DNA of 63,356 nucleotides, the filler included, from Octopus bimaculoides (Eukaryota), in assembly GCF_001194135.2 (NCBI RefSeq). It is 4 parts of 4 records of this genome, joined end to end, with 100 filler letters (N's around TTAATTAATTAA, not from the genome) between each part and the next. Parts side by side here need not be neighbours in the genome. Positions count along the whole stretch, not along the records: positions 1 to 24,785 come from NC_068987.1; positions 24,886 to 47,302 come from NC_068992.1; 2 more parts are not named here. One strand, given 5' to 3'. The notes beneath the pieces are model-generated. The model had not been told where the DNA came from and made no database searches. It worked only from the letters and a program-made list of their open reading frames with translations. The translations under genes and the position numbers were made by a program. This document shows positions 14,968 to 27,020 of this stretch, one piece after another. Position 1 is the first letter of the stretch. Each line of letters begins with the position of its first letter.

Positions 14968-15135
14968 TACGACGGCTTCTTTCAGTTTCCGTCTACCAAA
15001 TCCACTCGCAAGGCTTTGGTCGGCCCGAGGCTATAGTAGAAGACACTTGCCCAAGGTGCCACGCGCTGGGACTGAACCCGGAACCATGTGGTTCATAAGC
15101 ATGCTACTTACTACACGACCACTCCAACGCCTATA
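14541..15135 (-). mobile_element. Full SINE with internal microsatellite (head 15135-14968, CA/TA tract and gap, tail 14735-14541)
   Basis: Head has GGTTCCGGGTTCAGTCCC and GGCACCTTGGGCAAGTGTCTT. Tail has CCGATAGAATAAGTACTAGG...GGTGCTCCAGCATGGCCGCAGTCAAATGACTGAAACAAGT. The same layout recurs at 28620-28980, 55750-56150, 57690-58050 and 60090-60490. Confidence 0.85.
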
Positions 15136-15746
15136 GATTTATATATGCATAAATATTATATGTGAATGTATATTTGTACATACATATAGGTGTGTATTCA
15201 TGTATGTGAGGTTGTTTGTATGCTTGTGCGCCTGTGTATATGGGGTGCAAAATATACGAACGCTTAAGAATTTCGCATCGTAAACACGTGACTCAGTTTC
15301 AATTTCATTTCATAGCATAATAGCTTTTTGCATAGATATAATTTTCTATCACCTCGCAATGGCTACTATTGAGCGTGATATATTTTGACGGTGTATTATA
15401 TTTGTATTATTGACGGTGATATTATTGACGGTGTATGATTGACGGTGATATATTTTGACGGTATTTTGATGGTGGCCATCTGATGCATTGCACTTGTAAT
15501 TCAAATACAAAATACGGTCACTCCCTGTTTTTCGCAGAAAATGCCTCAGAATTCTATAAAAGATACACATGTCTGTGGAAGCCTTACACGTGAATTTAAT
15601 GAAGAAACAATATATTTCATCCAACAACTGAATTCCCATCATCAAACGACGAAGAAACATCCATACAAGCACGCATATACACACACATGCACGTTCGCTC
15701 TTTGAATGTGTGTTTGTGTGTGTGTGTGGGTGTTTGTGTGTGTGGG

Positions 15747-15789
<43 letters not shown>

Positions 15790-16126
15790 ACATACACATA
15801 CAATCTGTCCTAATTTGCGAAGTATGCGTTTTACTCGATTATGCACAAATATATGAAAGCCGGAACATAAAACTCTCGCGCGCGCACNNNNNNNNNNNNN
15901 NNNNNNNNNNNNNNNNNNNNNNNNNNNNNNNNNNNNNNNNNNNNNNNNNNNNNNNNNNNNNNNNNNNNNNNNNNNNNNNNNNNNNNNNNNNNNNNNNNNN
16001 NNNNNNNNNNNNNNNNNNNNNNNNNNNNNNNNNNNNNNNNNNNNNNNNNNNNNNNNNNNNNNNNNNNNNNNNNNNNNNNNNNNNNNNNNNNNNNNNNNNN
16101 NNNNNNNNNNNNNNNNNNNNNNNNNN

Positions 16127-16171
<45 letters not shown>

Positions 16172-16652
16172 AGAAAAACATCAATATTTATTCTGATGTA
16201 GGAAATTCAATTTAGAAAATGACTAAAATAGTCATGAAACATCGTTGGTGACTTTCTACTTTAAGAAGAAGAATAATGATTAAAAATAACACCGATAACA
16301 ATAACAAGAAAAATTAGAAATATTTTCAAAATATTATAGGAAGTACTAATTATATATTTGGAATCTTAATGAGCAGTGAATGTTATCATAAAAATCTCAT
16401 GTGTACAAAACTGTTCCGTAGATCTTCAATGTGATACTTGCTGTAACACGGTCAACTTCATCTATACTTCTATACATCATTCTTCATTATATTTTTCGAC
16501 TCAATTGGCAGCCTGTTCTTTTCTACTTTCCTTTCTCATTATTAACAAAAATATAATGAAGTTACTGAAATAATGATATTAATGGTAACGATTTCAAATA
16601 TAAGCCTATGGTCACAAAATAATCTACTGAATCGTCGTCGTGGTTGTCGTCG

Positions 16653-16685
<33 letters not shown>

Positions 16686-16810
16686 CAATTACGGCTACGA
16701 ATCTAGAGTGTGACTCGACGTGATTGCTTCATCTTAATATTTTTAAGATGTGAAAAGTAAATGTGTTTGATACCCTAAAAATTAAAACACAATAATAATA
16801 ATAATAATAC

Positions 16811-18030
16811 GAAGAAGAAGAAGAAGAAGAAGAAGAAGAAGAAGAAGAAGAAGAAGAAGAAGAAGAAGAAGAAGAAGAAGAAGAAGAAGAAGAAGAAGAA
16901 GAAGAAGAAGAAGAAGAAATGCCGTGATGCAGTACCAGGCACTGGCTCTCATGGCTTCTGATCTTAACTGATTGGAATTGTTATCATGCACATTATCTTG
17001 GTATAAAAGATGGTCTGCAGTAAATATCTATTCAATACCACATATTTGCTTGTCAGTTGTTTAACCGTAACCAATTGAGCATGTCCCTTGGTGGCTGACG
17101 TTATGTGCATCTCTGATCACATTGGGGAACGTCATAGCCATGTGTTGAGAGCAATTCTTTGAGGTTTGAATAATTCATCTCTTGAAACATGGGTGTTTCG
17201 TTCCTCATCCTTAAACAGAACCTTATTCAAGGACCTTTTGAGCGGGCTACACAACCTGAAGAAAATTCTTACTGGACCCTAGGAGCAAGTGGCCCCTCCA
17301 ATTCCTGCTCTCCAACTCGCAGGTCTACATTTAGGAGAGGTACCATCCACTCTTGCCATTTTCGCAACTTTCACCCACGTTTTAATAAACTCACTCGAGG
17401 ACAGCGCTCAATTTCCTTTTCAAGTGAAACTTGAAAAGTCAATGAGAGCTCTACCAAAGAGAAATGTATATATCCTCATGCCTTTCAACCTTGTCCATCA
17501 AACAACCTCGTTCGCCACAGCCACCAGGCAAAGGAAAACTGTCTTGCATGCCAAATTGAAGGCGGGCAGTGGTGCAATCATCACTACAGTCTCGGTTGAC
17601 AGACGGATCCGTCTCACGCGTGACAACAGCTGTTCAACTCAACCCCACAAGTCAGCAATGCCCGGACACTGAACGAGGGCGTGCAAAACGTTTTCGTCAC
17701 TCTGTGCGTACCTCGGACAAGTCCGTTTGACAGCACATCCTTGCCTGTAGAGTTTATCTTGAACCGGTGGCTCACCCTGGTAGCACTGCCAGCACTGTCA
17801 GGCCAAGGACATCTGGAAATTATCCATGATAGTTCCCGACATGAAAAGTCCCCTGGAACACACTAGCCAGTTTGTTCTCGTCGACGCCCAGAGTTTCCCC
17901 GAGAACGTTGTCGTACTTGCCCGACACTAATTCTCTATAACTTTCTAAAGTGGAACATTCACCGATCCCATTGCCCGACTGGCAGAGGGTTGTGAGCGCC
18001 TGACGATATTCTAGGTGCCAGGAATCTGAA
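16811..18030 (-). mobile_element. 5'-truncated Tx1/L1-like LINE: C-terminal zinc-binding region, 3' UTR and (TTC)36 tract
   Basis: Minus-strand translation with stops and frameshifts: ...RTCPRYAQSDENVLHALVQCPGIADLW..VEQLLSRVRRIRLSTE..KTVFLCLVAVANEVVWWTRLKG..FIKTWVKVAKM. This matches the degenerate CxxC..HxxxxC region after RT in L1/Tx1 ORF2. The (GAA)n at 16811-16918 abuts the 3' end. Confidence 0.75.
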
Positions 18031-18162
18031 CAATGACAAGCAAAGCAGAAACAGCAAAAGTAAAATAAAAAGAAAACAGTGAGAAACTGGTAGAAAGAAA
18101 GGAAATATTTCTCTCCCGAAACGAATAATACTAGCAACAAAACCATAACAAAAGAATCCTTC

Positions 18163-18223
<61 letters not shown>

Positions 18224-18769
18224 TAACATCAACAACAACAAAAATTAATCACATGCTCGCTGCTGCTGCAACAGTGCCAATACTATCCAAGAACAAATGT
18301 TATGAGCAGCATCAGATGGCAGGCAGCTAAAGCAGCAGTAGCAACAACAATAACGTGCTCTCAAAGAGCAAAAATAACTTTTATAATATCAATGTCAACA
18401 ACGACAGCAATTAAAACCTAAAACAAAAAACGTCAGCAATAATAATAAAATAGTTAAAAACAACAAGAACAACTGATACAAATAAAGCAAAAAAAAAAAA
18501 AAAATCAACAAACACTATAACTTTATGAGCAGCAGCAGGAAGAACTAAGCCAAAGAGAAATCCCGCTAAAGATTCTTCCAAAACAACATGAAACTAGTGG
18601 CAAAAATGACAGCAATCTTTCCAACAAGGCAGACAATTTCAAGTCAAGTAGTGGTAAGTGTGCACTAAAAACACCTGCTTCACAGTCATAAGAAAGAATT
18701 GCATTCAGCTGCTGTCCTCAACCTCTTAGACAGAATCCACTTAGAATTCCTGTAATCCGTAATGATTTA

Positions 18770-19010
18770 TTGCTGTGTATATCTAATTATATTTCTTTTA
18801 TTATTTTACTTGTTTCAATCATTGGATTGCGACCATGCTAGAGTAGTGCTTTCGGGGATTTTTCTTTGGCTTTTGTTTGTTTGTTTTTTAAAGTCGATTA
18901 CAGTGATGCTAAAATTTTTGTCTCGAACTGATATTTATTCTATCGTTTATAATTTACTGATTCGCTGAGTTACAATTTTCAGTGAACGTTAGTCCCCGTT
19001 TTGAGCCTGT
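18770..19010 (-). mobile_element. Decayed SINE tail
   Basis: tttacttgtttcaatcattggattgcgaccatgctagagtagtgc...tattctatcg...ccccg matches the 14541-14735 tail. Confidence 0.7.
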
Positions 19011-20410
19011 GGTTATTTTGTGAAACATATAAACACACACACACGCACACGCGCATGCACACATGTACACATACAGGCACACATAAATACACGTGCATAA
19101 AAAACACACATGCATAAAAACAACACATGCACACACGTACACACACACATTCATCACATTCATTACATTCGTACATAGGCATGATTAAATGAATTGCATG
19201 TATTTACTGATATACATATATTCATACATACGTATATGCGTGTGAGTGTGTTTACGTGTTTGTTTCTGTGTGTATGTGCGCCCACAAGTATGTGTGCTTG
19301 TATGACGGTTTTATGTCTACAATATTTTCACAAATAACTTATTGGTCAGTCGTGGGCGCTGTAGTTGAAGGCACTTGTCCAACGTACTGAACACTAGAAA
19401 TGAGTACAAAAGGACGGTGTTGTGATGTTTCTCTCTTTCTCTCTACCTCTCCCCTCTCTCGTCTCTTTCCCTCTCTATCTCTCCCCTCTCACGTCCCCTT
19501 CTCTCTGTTACAGACATACAAGCGGTGCATATTTATTAATAACACTATCTTGGTATAGGAACACATCAATTCTTAAACTATGCAGTATTATTTTCCTTTA
19601 TTTAAATTCTCTAAAAATGAAAAGCTAGAATTAAAAAAAGTGGCAAAAAAAGATGACTAGATTCATTTTGTGATAGACTAGTGCCAAAATTTAGAGAATT
19701 CTTGTAAATTAGTTGCCTTACAGATAGAAATTGCACAATTCTAAATATGGGACTTGCTCCATAAATAGGAATTCTAAATTCTCAATCACCGCAGAACTAT
19801 TTCTAACAGTTACTAGTTAACACATGCATGAATATACAAACCTAATTATCTATGTATGTGTGAATAAATAAAAAAAATTGTATATCTACTTCTGTAGATT
19901 CATGAATACCTAAGACAGATATTGCGATTGTTCGTTTTCGATATTTATATATGTTTCTCTATAGGGATGGGTAGAGATCTTTTGTAGGTACATATATTTG
20001 TGTATGCAAACACAAACACACATACACATGCACACGCGCACGCACACGCGCACGCGCACGCGCACGCACACGCGCACGCACACGCGCACGCACACGCATT
20101 CCTACTTGCACAGGCATACGTCAGCACACAAACGTATAGACACATATATACATGCGTATGCCTGTGTATGTTAGAGCGTGCATGTCAAGATGCTTATATA
20201 GACATATGGGCATATATGTACATGACACGCATACCTACACTCATATATGTATATGAATAGAATGCATTTGTTTTTTTTTATATATATTTATTTCATAGAA
20301 ACAGTATTCCCAGAGTTAAGAAACATTCCATTTTAATATGGATGCTTTGACTAATTTTCAATCAATTCTGTCCACTTTGTTTATGTGTGTGTGTTTGTGC
20401 TTGTGTGTAT

Positions 20411-20449
<39 letters not shown>

Positions 20450-20582
20450 CGTGTGTGCGTGTTTGTGTGTAATTTTGTATACATGTATGTATATTTCTAA
20501 TATATAATTGAAATATTCTTTGGCAAATCTTTTCTGCAGTGAATTTATAACTAGAAAGATGGATAGACAGATACATACAAAC

Positions 20583-20660
<78 letters not shown>

Positions 20661-23235
20661 ATATATATATATATAAACAAACATATATATACACATGCAT
20701 ACATATACATNNNNNNNNNNNNNNNNNNNNNNNNNNNNNNNNNNNNNNNNNNNNNNNNNNNNNNNNNNNNNNNNNNNNNNNNNNNNNNNNNNNNNNNNNN
20801 NNNNNNNNNNNNNNNNNNNNNNNNNNNNNNNNNNNNNNNNNNNNNNNNNNNNNNNNNNNNNNNNNNNNNNNNNNNNNNNNNNNNNNNNNNNNNNNNNNNN
20901 NNNNNNNNNNNNNNNNNNNNNNNNNNNNNNNNNNNNNNNNNNNNNNNNNNNNNNNNNNNNNNNNNNNNNNNNNNNNNNNNNNNNNNNNNNNNNNNNNNNN
21001 NNNNNNNNNNNNNNACACACACATACATACATACACATGATGATATGACTTTCATTACTCTATCGGAAATTGATATCATATACACAGTCAGTTAATGGTA
21101 AGGAAAATTACCTAAAATATTGCAAGCTGGACGAAGTGATCCACAGTCTTTTCAAGTTATGGATTTTTCACAGTCTAAAGGCTACGCAATTTAGAGGAAT
21201 ATATGGGTCTGTACTTAATTTGCTGTTCCTGAAAATTTAATGTCAAAATCGATGTTGTCGGTATTTGAACTCAGGATATAAAAGAATATAGATAAATATA
21301 CTAAACTAAATTTAGTATTGCATTTTCTCCCATTTTAAATTCACTGTATTTATATTTGCAATTCTATAGAATATTTTATACAGATTAGCTACAAGTTCGG
21401 TTTAAATAAGTACAACACGTTGATGTATCTTTTGCTCCTGTCTGTTAATGAAAACACTATTTTTCATCTCTTTACGTTTCTGCAAGGTCTCCATATATTC
21501 CGAGGAAAGCAATCTTGAATGTCTTTTCCAAAGTATACTGATATACTTAGATGGATAAGGCTTCAGATTTTAAGATGTTAACTATGAGATATTCATACCC
21601 TTTCTGTATATTAGGAATTTACTATAAAGCTGATGTATCACTTGCTCAGAATATTATTTCCGGATTACAACGCAATCAACAAATAGGATAGTCATTTCTT
21701 TGTGTTACGATTGTCTGCATCTACTGTGATTGAAACCGTGTAACGTGCCAGGTCACTGTGAAGACAATTTTAAGATACGGTACTCATCAGTTTTACAATG
21801 TACCATATTATAGACAAATAAGTTCGTTATTTGCATAATTGCAGGAACAAACAGAAGATATTTATGAGGTCACTATAAAATTACCATTTATTCATTTATA
21901 AACACTACTTCCAGATGTTTAGAATCTCATCAACAGTGCTCGTTTGTTAATATTAGCATTTGAAAGTTGTTACTGTGTTTGAGCAACCTATTTGAGAAGG
22001 CAGTGTTTCTAAAATTTGGAAATATATTAATTAACTAAACAGAATTTGAAATGCTAATGATTCAAGTCTTGGCTTTTCAGACTAACAAAGTATCTGTTGA
22101 TATTTGTGAATCTTAGATGTTATCAATCTAATAGGTTAAATGTTAGAAATGAAAGAAAATGAACAAAAATGAAAGAAATTTAAAAAAAAACATAATATTA
22201 TTGCTAATCAAATATAATCATTATAATTCTAGAAGTCTCGTGCTAGTCTGCATATATAAGAGCCAGTTCATTTAAAAGAAAATTCGCACTTCTTGCGTCT
22301 GTGTGATTGTGATAATATTGTTTGCAGTTGGCCAAAAAGATCAAATATCGTTTAATTGTTCGTATGGTTGTATGTTCGTATCTTATTTTTTTTTATGGTA
22401 GTTTTAGTAGCATAGCATTTACCGTCAACTGTCCCAAGCCATTCAAGCCATTTCATCGAGATTAGATATCGTAGGGAGAAGACAGTGTTCAAATTGAGTA
22501 CTACGCTATACATCCAGTGAATGTGTTTTACATTGGAGGCTCACTTCACTAGTGTAACCAGGAGGAACACTTGATAATTAACGAATGTTTCGTTTTATCC
22601 AGTGTTGAGTTCAACTCCATTGTTACAAGTTAGTAATTTTCAATCACCCGTTAATGAATTCTTCTCTCGAAGAAAATTGATTCTGTAAAATTTGTTTTAC
22701 ATATACAAGTATTGATTAATTAGTTAGTTAATTCTGATCCAGTTTCACTAACAATGCTACTCATTTATTACATTAATTAAGTATTCTGTATCCACCTTAG
22801 AAATAACTATTTAGTCTTGAAGAAGGTAAATGGATAAAGCATTGCATTATCAGAGTTACCATGAGCTGCATGTTTTTCTCAGTTATAAGGTGCGTCTAAA
22901 AGGGAAATTCAATTCAATGTGCTTCAATACACATGCGGAGGAAAGGTACAAATTCATTGAATGTTACTTCACTTCAGAAATATATATGAACATCGGATGA
23001 CTCAAAATTGTTTATCCTTTCTCGAGGGCAAGTTAAATTTGGGGAGATAATCATTTTTAAGACCACTATATATATATACATAATTCAATCCTTGTAACCT
23101 TGATAAATAATTTAAAAGAAATATCGAAATTAGAAAGTGGGACAGTATCACAAACGTTAAAATGAAATTAAAGACAATTCGTTCTGCTTAAAATAGTTCA
23201 GTTGTTTTCTATTAGATAAATAGAATATAGGCAGA

Positions 23236-23267
<32 letters not shown>

Positions 23268-23926
23268 ATGTATGTATGTATGTATGTATGTATGTATGTA
23301 TATAATACTCCAAAATTGTTAGATACGTAACAAAACGTGTCAAAATGTAACAAAACGATCTGCTAGATATAGCTGTCAAAATGCCCTCAAATCAGATCAT
23401 AGTATCCTAAAAAGGAAGAGCAGGTTAGATAATGTAAGTCTAACATAGATTCTAAGAAAAAGACTAGATAGTCATAGCTTTCGCGACTTTGATCATAACC
23501 TTCTCAATAAGGTTTGACCTGAGGCTAAACAATAAAATATACGGCGTAAAGTAAACAATAAACAAGTGAATGAAATGAAGGAAGTAAAAGAAAAACAAAA
23601 CGTTTAACTGCTTTAAAGACAGAGATAAAATACATAGTACATAAAAGATGAAATGTAAGTTAAACAACATTAAGGAGAGATGCAAAAAATATATTGAAGA
23701 CAGACCCAAACATGTATACAAAAGAAATGGCAAAAGCTGTACTACATTAAATGATAGAAAACTACAAAAAGTGAGACAAGAAAGTACATTAACATAAGAT
23801 GAATGAAGTACAAAAAAAAACAACAAAAAACGAAACAAAAACATATATCAAAGGTAGACAACAAAGTACAGCACATTTATTATATTAATCATAACAAAAT
23901 GGTCGATTCTATTAACATTTGATCTC

Positions 23927-23957
<31 letters not shown>

Positions 23958-24186
23958 TGTATGTATTTATTTAAGTGTATATGTTTATATCTAAGTTTAT
24001 ATTATCTAAGTATGCACATACCAACATACGTACATATGTATGTATGTATGTATGTAGGCATGCATTTTTGTATGTAGGTATGTATCGTAAGATAGATATA
24101 TATACATGCTTAAGTACACATACATCTATACACATGCGCATTTATATATATATATTAATATATATGTATGTACATATATATGTATG

Positions 24187-24220
<34 letters not shown>

Positions 24221-24829
24221 CACACATATATCAAAAGAAAAGCGTTGACAATGATTCCCTTGTTTTGTCTGACGAAACCAACGATAAAGGTAACTTCGAA
24301 GATACTCTCAGCATTTTCATTGAAAAATATTAGTGATGTTCTATTTAAATATATTGAACGATGTTTCAAATACTGTTTTGCTAGTCTTCTATACGTATAT
24401 ATACATGTACGTCTGTGCGAACAAAATATGTGTGTATATCTAAATATAATAAATATACATACACACAAGGACACACGCACACATGGACACATATACACAC
24501 GTGTGCGCGTGCACACACACACACACGCATACCCATACACACCACTCACACACACATACGCACATACACACACGCACACATAAACTGCAAACAGTTTTCC
24601 TTTCAAATATGCTATAGCTAAGACAGCACTGTTCGAGTTTAAACTTTCCTTACTAATGTTTTTTCTATCACTTTTCCTTGTTAGGCCTTTACAAACACAC
24701 ACACAAACGCGTTCACACTCACGCACGCACACACTCGCGCACACGCACATATATACAGCCATATATATATATATATATATATATANNNNNNNNNNNNNNN
24801 NNNNNNNNNNNNNNNNNNNNNNNNNNNNN

Positions 24830-24841
24830 TTAATTAATTAA
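24830..24841. other. Synthetic scaffold spacer TTAATTAATTAA inside a 44N+12+44N gap (also 47347-47358 and 55350-55361)
   Basis: The identical palindromic 12-mer, with stops in all six frames, is centred in three 100-bp gaps. Confidence 0.95.
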
Positions 24842-24959
24842 NNNNNNNNNNNNNNNNNNNNNNNNNNNNNNNNNNNNNNNNNNNNATTATAGATATGTGA
24901 AAAATACCTACCCTGCCATCTATTATAACTTTTGTTGTTCTGTTTAATATATACATACA

Positions 24960-25470
24960 TTATGCCTCCAAAGAAGAGAGTTTGCTGGGGAAAGACAGCA
25001 ACCGGTTTAAAATGACAGCAACAGACTGCAGCAATTCACCACATTCCAGAAGCTACTTTAAACATAATGCAAAATGGTGCATCAACATCTTTTGCCCAGT
25101 CTGATAGAATTCTGGCAAAACTGTGTAGCAACAGATCGCCAGCAATTGCTTCATCAGAAATTGCCGTCCTAGCTCCTGCGAAAAAGGATTACCCTGCTAT
25201 GTTTAATCAGGGCAGCGCAAAAAGTTGTTTTTGCACAAGCATTTGTATAGCCAATTAGACGGATGAAATTTACGTACGCTTAATAATTTTACGCAAAACA
25301 TACTTCAGACTTTCCCTATTAATTTCATCGTCTTTTGAATTATGAACATATTTACATCATAAGGGTTTTTTCGTTGTAAGGCTTTCTTTTTTAGTTGATT
25401 TTCACCTAGCAAAACTTATCGTGGATGGCGTAATAAGTCACACTCGGACAAGGTCGGGTTATACTGCTAG
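24960..25470 (+). mobile_element. Probable Helitron 3' remnant
   Basis: Ends CTCGGACAAGGTCGGG-TTATACTG-CTAG|T (CTAG at 25467-25470). The terminal TATACTGCTAG is identical to the 3' end of the Helitron at 41988. The 5' boundary is not determined. Confidence 0.6.
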
Positions 25471-25491
25471 TTCTTTATAATTAAATACAAC

Positions 25492-26192
25492 ATTATAACA
25501 AGGGATTGGATTTACGCCTCACCATACACTGCACGAAATAGATGCTAAAGCCCCTATTACCACCTTAAAATTTCCGAGAATAACACACTATATTGTAGGT
25601 GAGCAAAAGAAAAATAATGAATCAACAAGGTTTGGTTAACTGCGTACAAGATCGTGTTTTAAGCTTAAAGAAAATAGTATTTTACATACTGCTCTCATCA
25701 GTGACAGTAGTCCATAGCATAAATTTCGGCACTGATCACCTGGTGAAATTATTATTGATTTATCCTTCTATTATAATTAATAGTTGTATAAATTTACTCC
25801 AGGATCGAAATTGTATTTACTGCGGTCTAGACCTTAACACACTGTACATGGGTATAAAAGAAAGATGTGAATTCTACTTGGCAGTATATTTTTACGAGTG
25901 TGGATGGTTATTGGTTATGCGATGTTGCTGATCACATGCATATTTTGAGATACTTGTAAATTTATGCTATGGAATACTGTCGCTGATGAGAGGAGTAGGC
26001 AAAACGTGTTTTACTTAAAGCTTGAAAAACGAACTTGTACGTAGTTAACCGAATCTTGTTGATTCACTATTTTTCTTTTGCTCACCTACAATATAGTGTG
26101 CTATTCTCAGAGATTTTAAGGTGGTTATAGGGGCTTTACTGTCTATTTCTTGCAGTGTGTGGTGAGGCATAAAGCCGATCCCTTGTTATAAT
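25492..26192. repeat. Long inverted repeat, ~235-bp arms (25492-25726 and 25958-26192), ~230-bp spacer; foldback or MITE-like
   Basis: For example, gcctcaccatacactgcacgaaatagatgctaaagcccctattaccaccttaaaa matches the reverse complement of 26115-26168. The arms are roughly 85% identical by eye. Confidence 0.9.
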
Positions 26193-26409
26193 TATAGGAT
26201 TCCACATTGACCACCTGGTAAAATTATGATTGATTTTATCCTTTTATTATAATATATATATATATGCATATATATATATTATATATATGTGCATATATAT
26301 TATTTATATTATTATTATTATATATATATGTACATTATGTGTGAGTGTATATATATATATATTTATATATATATATGTATATATATATATGTACATGTAT
26401 GTGCGTATA

Positions 26410-26572
26410 TCGCTAACCACTACACACATTTTTTTCTCTCCTTGTTTCTTTCTGTGGAAGAGTGTTGGCTTGAAACGTTAATGACTTTTTCAACGAGCGT
26501 TATTCTAATACATCTCTTTGTTTTCTACATCACCTGCCTTCGTCTGTTGTTGTTTTTTTTGTGAATTCTCCC
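26410..26572 (+). mobile_element. ~165-bp interspersed repeat with minimal hammerhead-like motif (second copy 60857-61030, minus strand)
   Basis: cgctaaccactaca...TCTTT CTGTGGA A GAGT GTTG GCTT GAAACGTT AATGA...gtgaattctccc(TA)n. The reverse-complement copy at 60857-61030 aligns end to end. Confidence 0.75.
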
Positions 26573-26822
26573 TATATATATATATATATATATATATGGT
26601 AAATGAAAGACAGAAGATACAATGTACAAACATTTTTATTATTTATCATGACAATTGCTTCTAGCGTTGATCCTCACTGTATTGCATGTTCATTTCTTTT
26701 TTGCACCTGTGATTTTATTTCTGATCTTCTATATAAATGAAGATATTTCTTACGTTTTGCTGATACACTGTGCAACTGTTACTTTAATGAGTTGTATCTA
26801 TTTATCATCTAATGAGACACAT

Positions 26823-27020
26823 CTGCACCACTGAATGCTCCTGAACCAGTCGTACTACCCATGAAGGATTGATGTTGAATGTGTCAAAACAATTGTTATG
26901 ATTAATAATAAAAATTCTCTTATATTCCATCTTCCGTTTTTCATTTACCATATACATAACAAACACTGTGAAAGTGACTGTGCTTTATCAGTAAGCCACT
27001 AGGTGTAAACCATTCGTTTT
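26823..27020 (+). mobile_element. Fragment homologous to the 3' end of the LTR-like element at 39530-40737
   Basis: gaatgctcctgaacca...tgattaataataaaaattctc..atattc.atcttccgtttttcatt.accatatacataacaaacactgtga...gtaaaccattcgtttt matches the reverse complement of 39540-39740 at roughly 80% by eye. Confidence 0.85.

Noticed and set aside
21470-21750. Short putative exons (DLARYTVSITVDADN; YTLEKTFKIAFLGIYGDLAE)
   Set aside because: Very short, weak donors, no recognisable family.
24830-24841. Conserved TTAATTAATTAA motif seen three times
   Set aside because: Always centred in a 44N+12+44N block, so it is a synthetic scaffolding spacer and not biological.
25983-26010. CTGATGA in both arms of the long inverted repeat as hammerheads
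   Set aside because: No GAAA after a pairable stem II, and no stem I partner in either arm.
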